Shown one piece after another: positions 19,581-29,300 of a stretch of DNA of 64,000 nt (position 1 is its first letter; every line of letters begins with the position of its first letter). A model generated the notes under the pieces. That model did no database searches. It was not told the origin of the DNA and saw nothing but the letters and a program-made list of their open reading frames with translations. The DNA is from an uncultured Methanobrevibacter sp. (GTDB lineage Archaea; Methanobacteriota; Methanobacteria; Methanobacteriales; Methanobacteriaceae). The DNA is taken from positions 50,132 through 114,131 of the forward strand of contig OMVY01000009.1 of the NCBI GenBank assembly GCA_900314635.1, written 5' to 3'. The translations under genes and the position numbers were made by a program.

Positions 19581-21785
19581 ATTACGAAGAGAATGACAAT
19601 ACTCGTATTGTTATTGGTATTTGCAATATTAAGTATTTCTTCAGTATCGGCGAATGATGTCGAGAATAATCTTGCAATTGATGAAAATAGTTTAACTTCC
19701 AGTGATGAGGTTTCATTGGAGGATTCTTATAATCTGGAATCAGATTCTCAGGATTCTGATATCTTAGAAACTGAAGTTGCTAGTGAGCAATTCAGTGATG
19801 ATGAAATTGATGACGGTGACGGTTCTGGAGATGGAGGTGCAGATTCTCCTGGTGACGGTTCTGGTGATGGAGGTGCAGATTCTTCTATAGATAATCCGGA
19901 TGAGAATACAGAATTAAATAGCACTGATTTGACTGTTGTCGACTCCAATGTGATATATGGCCAGAATCTTGAGGTTGTCTTAAGTTCCAATGACAATTCT
20001 TTAGCCGATCAAAACATAACTTTTGAAATCAATGGCACAAATCATACAGCTCTTACGGATTCAAGTGGGAAAGCAGCTTGTGAAATATCATTGGTGCCAG
20101 GTGCATATGACATAACCGTCTATTATCTTGGAAATGATCAATATGCCCCATCCAGCAAAGCATTCACAATAAATGTCTTGAAAATTACTCCAGTATTTAC
20201 AGTATCAGCTACTGAAGTAATGAAAGGATATTATCTTTATGTTTATCTTAAGGATGCTAAGGGCAATCCTATAAATGGCGTTAATGTAACAATAGACATT
20301 GGAGGCAATAAGTACTCTATCACAACCTCTAATGGAAAAGCAGGCCTTAAAATTAAATTGGATCCAAAAAAATATGCTGTGAAATTGGCTTATGCTGGCG
20401 ATGAGATTCATGCTCCTGCAAGCAAATCATTTAATTTGAATGTGGTGAAAAATCAGCCTTACTTCAAGTATAATTCCAAGATTTCCACACTCAATTATTT
20501 AACAGTATATTTGAAGGACGGCGCCTACAAGCCAATTGCAAACAAGAAGATCACAATCAAGATAGGTAGCACTAAATACACTAGAACTACTGATTCCAAT
20601 GGAAGAGCACGTGTTTATGTTAAGAAGCTCCCAGGAAAGTACAAGGTAAAGCTTTACTATAAAGGAAATGCGATTTACTCAGCTGTTTCAAAATCATATA
20701 CCCTCAAGGTAGTAAAGAAAGCTACAGCATTCACTGTTAAAAACACTACTGTTGTAAAAGGAAAATATCTCTATGTCTACCTTAAGGATGCAAATGGTAA
20801 AGCCCTCAAGAATAAAAAAGTCACTATTCGTCTTAACGGCAGGAAATATGTGAAAACCACTAATTCTAATGGCAGGGTTTCATTAAAAGTCAGCTTAAAA
20901 GCAGGCAGTTATAAAGTAAAATTATACTATTCAGGCAGCAAGTATTACAAGGCAAAAAGCAAAAGCCTTACCATGAAAGTTGTTAAATCAACTTCAGTTT
21001 ACAAGTCTGCAAATGGATGCATATGGCTTTGGAACAGTTTGAAGAATGAAGTGAATTTCAAGACCCTTAAAAACAATGGAATCAAGAATATCTTTATAAG
21101 CTATGTTGCTGTTGAATCCTCTGATTTCGATGCATGGCTGAATGAAGCAAACAGCTATGGCATGAAAGTACATATATGGATGCAGGCGTTCTATGACAAG
21201 AAATGGATCAATCCAATACTAAGCGATGGATCTGTAAATAATACATTATTAAACAAAATCGCTAAGAATGCAGAATCATATGCAAAGATAAAAGGCGTTT
21301 CAGGTGTTCACTTGGATTATATCAGATTCCCTGGTACCGCATATAAATATAAAAACGGTGAAAAAGCTGTTAGCGAATTGGCCAGGAAAGTATCAGAATC
21401 TGTAAAGCAAGTAAATTCAAGTATAGTAGTATCCTGTTCTGTGATGGGTGAAAGTCTCTACAGCAATTCATATTATTACGGACAGAATCTCACCAAGCTA
21501 TCCCAATATGTTGATGTAATTGTTCCTATGCTTTACAAGGGAAATTATGGTCAGAGCAGTTCCTGGATTAAAACTCAGACTGCAAGCTATGTCAAAGCCG
21601 TCGGTTCAAATGCTAAGATATGGGTAGGACTTCAATCCTACAAAAGTGATGATGATTTGACTAAATTGTCCATATCTGCATTAAGCCAAGATGCGGCTAA
21701 TGCAATAAAAGGCGGAGCTAATGGAATTGCCTTATTCAGGTATGGATTGACTAATTTCATTAACATGACCAGAATAATTGCATAA
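19581..21785 (+). CDS. Adhesin-like protein 2: Ig-like repeats plus C-terminal putative glycoside hydrolase TIM barrel (DUF4015/GHL10-like)
   Basis: Signal peptide; acidic region with 36-bp duplication (19815 and 19851); Lys/Tyr-rich Ig-like repeats; GMKVHIWMQAF, GVHLDYIRFPG and DVIVPMLY motifs. Start proposed at ATT 19581; track start is 19593. Confidence 0.85.
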   Translation: MTKRMTILVLLLVFAILSISSVSANDVENNLAIDENSLTSSDEVSLEDSYNLESDSQDSDILETEVASEQFSDDEIDDGDGSGDGGADSPGDGSGDGGADSSIDNPDENTELNSTDLTVVDSNVIYGQNLEVVLSSNDNSLADQNITFEINGTNHTALTDSSGKAACEISLVPGAYDITVYYLGNDQYAPSSKAFTINVLKITPVFTVSATEVMKGYYLYVYLKDAKGNPINGVNVTIDIGGNKYSITTSNGKAGLKIKLDPKKYAVKLAYAGDEIHAPASKSFNLNVVKNQPYFKYNSKISTLNYLTVYLKDGAYKPIANKKITIKIGSTKYTRTTDSNGRARVYVKKLPGKYKVKLYYKGNAIYSAVSKSYTLKVVKKATAFTVKNTTVVKGKYLYVYLKDANGKALKNKKVTIRLNGRKYVKTTNSNGRVSLKVSLKAGSYKVKLYYSGSKYYKAKSKSLTMKVVKSTSVYKSANGCIWLWNSLKNEVNFKTLKNNGIKNIFISYVAVESSDFDAWLNEANSYGMKVHIWMQAFYDKKWINPILSDGSVNNTLLNKIAKNAESYAKIKGVSGVHLDYIRFPGTAYKYKNGEKAVSELARKVSESVKQVNSSIVVSCSVMGESLYSNSYYYGQNLTKLSQYVDVIVPMLYKGNYGQSSSWIKTQTASYVKAVGSNAKIWVGLQSYKSDDDLTKLSISALSQDAANAIKGGANGIALFRYGLTNFINMTRIIA

Positions 21786-21796
21786 AATTTTTTTCA

Positions 21797-21830
21797 AGTA
21801 GCTATTAGCTACTATTTCTTTTTTTATTTT
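21797..21830 (+). terminator. Hairpin plus T-tract after ALP2
   Basis: AGTAGCT-ATT-AGCTACT followed by T runs. Confidence 0.55.
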
Positions 21831-22105
21831 TTTATAATGCTATATTGAATAATTTAATTTTTTTCTTGATCTTTTTATAAATTTTTATTGAACTCTTTGA
21901 TTTTTTCAATATTTTTTCAATGATTTTTTTATTTTTCATTAATTTGCTTATTTTGCTTCAAAAATAGATTATTTTTATTTATTTTTGCTATAAATCATTT
22001 TATTTCATTATTTTATTGAATAAATAAATGATATGGTATAGCTTTATTTTATATGAATGCTTTTTAAATAATATTTAAAAAAGTTGAATATTGATTAATT
22101 TTATA

Positions 22106-22229
22106 CATTATAAACAATTTTCCAATCTTTATTTAAAAAAAGCAAAAAGTTAAAAGAGTCTCATTTTGTGCTTATTTTTTAATTTTAAGCCCTAAACTTC
22201 ATTAACCTTTATATATGTTGAAAAATAAA
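22106..22229 (+). promoter_or_regulatory. Duplicated upstream/promoter block, copy 2 (ALP3)
   Basis: Colinear copy of 19321-19444; TATA at 22208-22215. Confidence 0.8.
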
Positions 22230-22327
22230 TTTAAATATAAGAATATTTTCTAAATTAAAGACTTATTATGATTAACACTTTTAATTTTTTTAAAATATTT
22301 GTCAATTGTATGAATGGAGGTGTTAAG

Positions 22328-24520
22328 ATTAGGAAGAGAATGACAATACTCGTATTGTTGTTGATATTCACAATATTAAGTATTTCTTCGGTATCGGCAA
22401 ATGATGCTGATAATAATATTGCAATTGATGAAAACAATTTTAATTATTCCGCTAATTTGAATTCCTTGGAAAATTCATTAGATTCTCAATCAAGCTCAAA
22501 TGATTGCTATTTTGGACAAAGCAGTGATGGTTCATCAGAACATGCTGATAATGGGGATGGAATGGGTGAGGAATTCTTAGAAACTGATTCTGACAGTGAA
22601 ACCGATGATGGGGATTTGGATCCTTCTTCGGATAATTTAGATAATGATGCTGAATTAAAGCAAAGCCAGTTGACCCTTGTCAATTCCACTATCGAGTATG
22701 GCAAGAACCTGGAACTGATTTTAAGTTCAAATGATGTTGCATTAGCTGGTGAAAATCTAATTTTGGAAATTAACGGCACTAATCATACTCTTATAAGCGA
22801 TTCAACAGGAAAAGCAGTCTATAAGATATCCTTATTGCCTGGAAGTTATGAATTTTTTGTTTATTACCTGGGAAATGATATATATGCTCCTTTTAATAAG
22901 ACATTCACATTGAATGTTTTAAATATTGCTTCAAGCTTTACAGTATCTAGTGTCAAGGTAATGAATGGTTATTATCTCTATGTTTATCTAAAAGATGCAA
23001 ATGGCAATCCAATCAATGGAGAGAATATAACACTTGATATGGGTTCCAGTAAATATACTGCCAAGACTTCCAATGGAAAAGCAGGTTTTAAAATCAAACT
23101 GGATCCTAAGAAATACTCTGCAAAGTTGTCATATGTTGGAAACAGCATTTATTCTCCTTCAAGCAATGCATTTACCTTGAATGTGGTGAAAAATCAACCT
23201 AGCTTTAAATACGGCACAAAGGTTCAGAGACTGAATTACCTGTATGTATATTTAAGGGATGGTGCTGGAAAAGCCATCTCTGGAAAAAAGGTCACTATTA
23301 AAATAGGAAGCAAGAAGTATTCCAAGACTACTAATTCAAAGGGCAGAGTCTCATTGAAAATTTCAAAACCTTGCGGAAAGTATGTCGTCAAATTAAGTTA
23401 TGGCGGAAACAGCATATATTCCAAAGCCTACAAGAAATATACTCTTAAAGTCATTAAAAACAAGGCCTATTTCGAGGCGGGCTCTTCTATTTCCACACTC
23501 AGCTATTTCAAGGCTTATCTTAAGAACAATGCAGGAAAAGCCATTAAAAATAAGAAAGTTACCATTAAAGTAGGGAGCAAAAAATACACTCGCACTACAA
23601 ATTCCAATGGCAGGATAACTTATTATATCAAGGCTCCTGGGACTTACAAGATAAGACTGTATTATGATGGAAACAACTACTATGCCTATACATATAAATA
23701 TGTCAAGCTCAAGGTGTCAAAGAAGGCAACAAAGGTTTATCCAAAAACTAAAACAGTCATTAAAGGAGGCTACTTGAAAGTTTACGTCAAAGATTCCTCA
23801 AACAATGCTCTCAAAGACCAGAAGGTTTCAATCACTGTAAATGGTAAGACCTATGATGAAATCACCAATTCCAAAGGTCTGGCTAGTTTAAAGATTTCCT
23901 TGAAAAAGGGTTCCTATAATGTGACTATCAAATATGCGGGAAATAAGTATTATAAATCATCCAGTAATACTTTTAATATGGAAGTGATTCTAGGTTCAGG
24001 ACTCAAGATTTCTAAAAAGACAATTGTTCTGGATTCAGATCTTATTTACAACACAGCCAGGGATTTGAAGTTGTTGAATGATATGGCATCTCTCCTTAGG
24101 GCTAAAGGCTATAAGGTCATAGTCAATTCAAAAATAGGACCTAACTCACACAATAATGATGTCATGAATTATGAAGATGTGTGTGTATTCAGTATTTATG
24201 GAGGTGTGGATAGCGGAATGTTTGTAGATAAAGCTTCAAACTGGTTCCAATACTATTTAAATCATAATGATAATCAAATAGCATTAGGTTTTCTTTCTCC
24301 ACCTGTAACTAAGGATCTAGCTACTTTGGATTGGCTTGAAAGGGCACATGATGATGATTACAGTCCGAAGAATTTCACTGGTTTGGCAAATCCAGGACTT
24401 TATATTAATGAAGAAGTTGGAGCAAACTATGTTTACGGATCCAATGCTGCCCAGTTGGTAAATAATTTCCTAAATTATGCTGTAAATGGTAAAAGCATAG
24501 GCATAAGCGGAGCTAGTTAA
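22328..24520 (+). CDS. Adhesin-like protein 3: N-terminus paralogous to ALP2, C-terminal 'RAHDD' domain paralogous to ALP1
   Basis: Shares MTILVLLL...SISSVSAND and YYLYVYLKDA.GNPING with ALP2; shares the 159-aa domain (24014-24490) with ALP1. Start proposed at ATT 22328; track start is 22268. Confidence 0.85.
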   Translation: MRKRMTILVLLLIFTILSISSVSANDADNNIAIDENNFNYSANLNSLENSLDSQSSSNDCYFGQSSDGSSEHADNGDGMGEEFLETDSDSETDDGDLDPSSDNLDNDAELKQSQLTLVNSTIEYGKNLELILSSNDVALAGENLILEINGTNHTLISDSTGKAVYKISLLPGSYEFFVYYLGNDIYAPFNKTFTLNVLNIASSFTVSSVKVMNGYYLYVYLKDANGNPINGENITLDMGSSKYTAKTSNGKAGFKIKLDPKKYSAKLSYVGNSIYSPSSNAFTLNVVKNQPSFKYGTKVQRLNYLYVYLRDGAGKAISGKKVTIKIGSKKYSKTTNSKGRVSLKISKPCGKYVVKLSYGGNSIYSKAYKKYTLKVIKNKAYFEAGSSISTLSYFKAYLKNNAGKAIKNKKVTIKVGSKKYTRTTNSNGRITYYIKAPGTYKIRLYYDGNNYYAYTYKYVKLKVSKKATKVYPKTKTVIKGGYLKVYVKDSSNNALKDQKVSITVNGKTYDEITNSKGLASLKISLKKGSYNVTIKYAGNKYYKSSSNTFNMEVILGSGLKISKKTIVLDSDLIYNTARDLKLLNDMASLLRAKGYKVIVNSKIGPNSHNNDVMNYEDVCVFSIYGGVDSGMFVDKASNWFQYYLNHNDNQIALGFLSPPVTKDLATLDWLERAHDDDYSPKNFTGLANPGLYINEEVGANYVYGSNAAQLVNNFLNYAVNGKSIGISGAS

Positions 24521-24821
24521 TTTAAAAATTATATTATTTTTAGATAATTTTTATTCTTTTTTTTATTTTGTTTTTTACTTTTTTCAATTTTTTTTTATTT
24601 GAGTTTTTTTTTTTAAATTGGTTTATATTTCCTTTTTTAATTTAGTTTTATTTTCAATTTTTTTAATTGCTTTTTTTTAACTAACTAATAAATATTAATA
24701 TTAGAAATATCAAATATTTAATTAATATTATTAGAACCAAAGTTTTAAAATAATAAATATTTATTTGTTTCAATAATTAATAAAAATAAAATTAATTCTA
24801 TTATGATTCGGAGACTAAATC

Positions 24822-25001
24822 ATGTTTTATAGTACAATAATGAAAATTGATTCAATTGACAGGTTAAGAGATATAAGGGATGCATTATTGGTAGAACAAG
24901 GAATTAATCCTACTAGAAATGGAGAACAAGCTCTACGTGTTGTAGTGGAAAGAATTGATGAGATCCAAGATACTTTGGATAAACGTTCTGATAATTTTTA
25001 A
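24822..25001 (+). CDS. 59-aa protein, possible ribbon-helix-helix DNA-binding protein (below the ORF-track length cutoff)
   Basis: MFYSTIMKIDSIDRLRDIRDALLVEQGINPTRNGEQALRVVVERIDEIQDTLDKRSDNF; GGAG RBS; purine-rich coding-like island inside AT-rich DNA. Confidence 0.55.
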   Translation: MFYSTIMKIDSIDRLRDIRDALLVEQGINPTRNGEQALRVVVERIDEIQDTLDKRSDNF

Positions 25002-25041
25002 CTACAGTTTTTTTTTAATCTAAATTAGCTTAGGTTTTATT

Positions 25042-25335
25042 ATGATAAAGGTAATTAATAGTCGTCGACGGTTGTTAAACCATAAAACTTCTTATAAAGC
25101 TCCTCATGTTCGCAGTAGGCAGTTTTCTCAAAAAACTCGTGAAGAAAGGGTTAAATTGAATCAGGAGAAGAAAAGAGCCAAGCTGGATAAGATTAAAGCT
25201 AAAAACAAACCTAAAAAGAAAAGACCTCAAAAAGTAAACATGCCTTATAGATTTAAGTATTATAATTTTAAGGATTATAATTATCGAAATGATATTTATC
25301 AATTAGAACATTTGGAAAAAATTGATGAAGATTAA
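25042..25335 (+). CDS. Small, highly basic hypothetical protein
   Basis: 97 aa, K/R-rich; AGGT RBS 6 nt upstream; 40 bp after the 59-aa ORF. Confidence 0.5.
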   Translation: MIKVINSRRRLLNHKTSYKAPHVRSRQFSQKTREERVKLNQEKKRAKLDKIKAKNKPKKKRPQKVNMPYRFKYYNFKDYNYRNDIYQLEHLEKIDED

Positions 25336-25538
25336 TTTTTTACTTTTTTTATTTTTTAATTTATTGAATTTTTCATATTTCTGATTTTTTATTTTTTATT
25401 TTTTGATTTTTTGAATATTGATTTTTTTCATTTTTCTGATTTTTTAATTTTTTAATTTTTAATTTTTTGAATATTGATTTTTTTCATTTTTTTGTTTTTG
25501 CATTATGAAATTTTTTGATAAATTTTTGTAAAATTTAT

Positions 25539-25562
25539 TTCGTTATACTACTGTATAACGAA
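25539..25562. promoter_or_regulatory. Perfect 10-bp inverted repeat (operator or hairpin)
   Basis: TTCGTTATAC-TACT-GTATAACGAA. Confidence 0.45.
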
Positions 25563-26308
25563 CTATTAAAAAAATTCTGAAATTTAATGCTCTAAATTGG
25601 CATAAATTAATTAATACATATATATGTACTCAATCCTTTTTACTAATTTAAAACATTTTTATATTTTTTTAGATTTTTCCATTTTTACACTTGAAATATA
25701 ACTTTAATACAAAAATTTATATTAGTATTAAAAATTTTTTAAAAAAGATTTTTTGATCTGAAATTTATTTTATAATTTATGAATTATTTGTATATGTGTA
25801 AACTATTTTATCTTATGCTAATTATTTGTATAATTCTGAATTGTTTTATTCTTTACGAATAACTAACTCTTTTCTCTAAAAATTATTAATTTTGTTAAAT
25901 TAATTTTATATAATACAAACTATTTGAATATATATGAATATTTTCATATTATACAAACTATTTTTAACAATACTTACTAAATTACACAAAATTTCTTAAT
26001 TTTATAGCATTCGTTAAAATTATTACTTTTATTAAAATAAGTAATACTTTTTTAGTAATACTTTTTATTAAAATTTTAATACAATCGTATTATTACTTTT
26101 TATTAATTTTTTAATACTTTATTGTTAATAAAATTAACTTAATTTTATTGTATTACTTTTTATCATTTTTTTAATATTTTGAAAAGTATTACTAAAAATC
26201 AATAAAGTAATATAAAGTAATAATAAATAAGAAAAAAATATTAATATATTATTGCGGCTGCTAATATTTGCAAATTTGATAATTTTAATAAACAGATTAT
26301 GAAAAAAT

Positions 26309-29300
26309 TTATTTAAATTCTATTTTATCATTATTATTTATAAGTATCTCTTTACCAATCATAGCATCAACAACTGATGTAATCTTGTTTGATGTCTTTT
26401 TAGAGGTTGATTTAAAGCCTAAAGTCCTTGAAACTTGTTTTGCTAACTCTTTAACTTTTAAGGATTTTTTAAAGCTTAAAACTAAATCAATAGCTTTTTC
26501 AACTTCTAAATCAGAAATAAAATCCATATTGGGTTTTTCTCTTCTTCTAACTATGATTTGATCATAATCAGTAAATAAGAAGTCTTCTTCATTAATTATG
26601 TATCCTTTATTTTCATTGAATTTAATTGAATCCATAATTGTGCTTTTGAATTTAGTTCCTGCTCTTGACAGTCCGCAGCTTTCTCTTAACCGTCTAATAA
26701 CCATGTCTGCATGAATCGGACCCTCGATTGAAACTATGGTTTTAACTGTTTCATTTAATTTTTCAGTTTCATCATAGATTTCTGTTGCGTTTTTAATAGC
26801 TATGTCCTGAATTTCAACATAATCTTTTATATAATCTTCAATAGTTCCATCAGGAGTTAAACGTGTGTTATCCACCTTGCTTAATACATTAGCTTCCTCG
26901 ATTCTTGCAATTTCTCTTTCTTTATACTCCTGTCCGACATTATTTATTATGCTTTCCAATTCATCCTCATCCATTTCAGAGGATTTCTGAGAATTATCTG
27001 TGCTGATTTCCTCTAATTGGCCATTGGCAGTAATGTTGCTGAAATCATCATCAGAGTAATCTTTCATGCTTGGTTCATAGTTTATGTTTTCATTTGCAGA
27101 TGAGGAATTCACTGGTATGATCACATCGGTTTGGGAATCGCTGTAAAGTTCTGAGGAGTCAGGGTAAACTTCTGCATCTGGGATGTAAGTATCTTCACTA
27201 TATATTTCTGAATTATTATCTTCATAGAATGAATCCCCTGCTCTGTATTCATTATGTGCAGGTTCTATTGGAATAAATTCCTCTTGTGAGTAATCATCTG
27301 AAGTAAATATTGTGTCCTCTTTTGAATAATAATCTGGATTATGATTGTCTTGTTCTAATTTATCATATGAATCAACATTTTGGGTGTTATCCACTTTAAA
27401 GTACTCTTCATCATATAATTCCGGATTAAGTGAATTTATTTCCTTTTCCACATTAGAGAAGTCACTTATTGTTTTCATAATGGATTTTCTTTCCACAGGT
27501 TGATCATCTTCATAATCCTGAGGAATTTCCATATAATCTGGAATTTCTTCACCGTTGTCATTTACCCTGTCAATAACATATATCTTCTCTCTTTCAGTAG
27601 GATTCTCGATTTCCTTCATAGCATAATCATAGTATTGCATTCCATGTTTAATAGAAGTTAAAGTACCCATCAATCCGGTTTTATTGGAGTTGTTTTGCTG
27701 AGGCATTGCATTCTTCTTCAAGGCATTTTCAATACCTACAGCACTGTAATAGTAGTCATCAGATTCTGCCGGGGTTTGTGAATCCTGTTTATTTTGAGCT
27801 TGATTATTTGAATTATTTGAAGAGTCGTCATTTTTTCCATCATCTTCATCGGAAATCCCATATGTACTTTTATCATTTTCAGAATCTAGACTATTTTCCT
27901 CATCGGATTCATGTTTGTTGTTTGACTGATCCTGTTTGGCTTTTTCTTTTTCCCTTATCTCAGCACTAATCGGGATGATTGGTTCATCTTCATCATAATA
28001 TTCATCATCAATGGAAAAATCATCATTTTCAATATTTCTAGTTTTTTCAAAAGATTCTTCATTTATATCGTGATGAGAAGTTGGATTTTGTTTTTTGTTT
28101 TTTCTTCTTGGAGTGGTTAATATGCCTTTCATAAGTTCAGAATCCTTATCATTTGTGTTTTGATTTTCATTTTCTTCATTGTCAATGTTACTTAATAACT
28201 GATTTAATTCTTCATCGGAAATTATATTCTTTTCATCCTCTGACTCTTCGCTTAAGTCCTTGTTTTTATTTACTAATTTTTTATCCTTCTCAATTGTGCT
28301 ATCAATTTGAGAAAGGATAACTTCTGTTTCATTTTGATTGTTTTCTGCAGATTTTTTATTTTCTTTTAAAGAATTGTCAATTATCTCTTCTTTACTAATT
28401 GATTTATTAATATTTTTATTTTCTTTTAAAGAATTCTCAATTATCTCTTCTTTGCTAATTGATTTATTAATATTTTTATTTTCTTTTAAAGAATTGTCAA
28501 TTATTTTTTCTTTGTTTTTTGATTTATTAATATTTTTATTTTCTTTCAGTTTCTTATTTTCATTGTTTTTTGCCTTTTTATTTGCTTTTCTTCCTTGGGG
28601 ATTGATAGCTTCATCATTATCAATATCATTTTTCTCTCTAGGCCTGTTTAAATTCTCCTTATCTTTTGTAACTTTATTTCTATTTGGCCTAAAAATTTGA
28701 TAAACTCTATTTGCAACATTTTTAGTGCTGGATTTATTGTTTTTGTTTTCATTATAAATGAAACCATCATCAACATTTTTTAAATTGGAATCTACATCAT
28801 CTTTTTGTCTTGTTTTTTCATCTTTTTCTTTTTTATCCATTTTTGCTGGTGTATTTTTCTTATCCAAGTTATCATTGTCTTTTATATCTTCCGGGAAGTT
28901 TTTTAAGAATTTGTTTATTAAAGCATCTCTGGTTTCATCAGTTTTATCAAAGTTTTTGTTATCATTGGATGTTTCATCGATTAAAAACTCTGAATCTTCT
29001 GAATCTGCATTGTTGAAGTTATCTGCTCTGCTTTGACTGTAATCTTCAACCTTTTCCCTAATGCTGTCATCATCTAAAACTGTGTTGTATTCTTCGTTGT
29101 TTTCGGTTTCTTCTATTTCGGTTTCATTTTCATTTGATGTGTTGTAGTCTTCTTCATAGTTTTCATATTCACCAATATCATCATCAATTTCATTTTCTAA
29201 ACCAAAATCATTATTTAATTCATTTTCAGTTTCTTCTATGATTCCATCATCATTATCTTCTTCTGTGTCATTTTCTAAAGTTTCAGGGAAATCTTCATTT

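Noticed and set aside
25537-25564. Palindrome as a Xer dif site
   Set aside because: Arms read ..TTATA-N6-TATAA.., the opposite inner polarity to dif (..ATAA-N6-TTAT..); no recombinase in the window.
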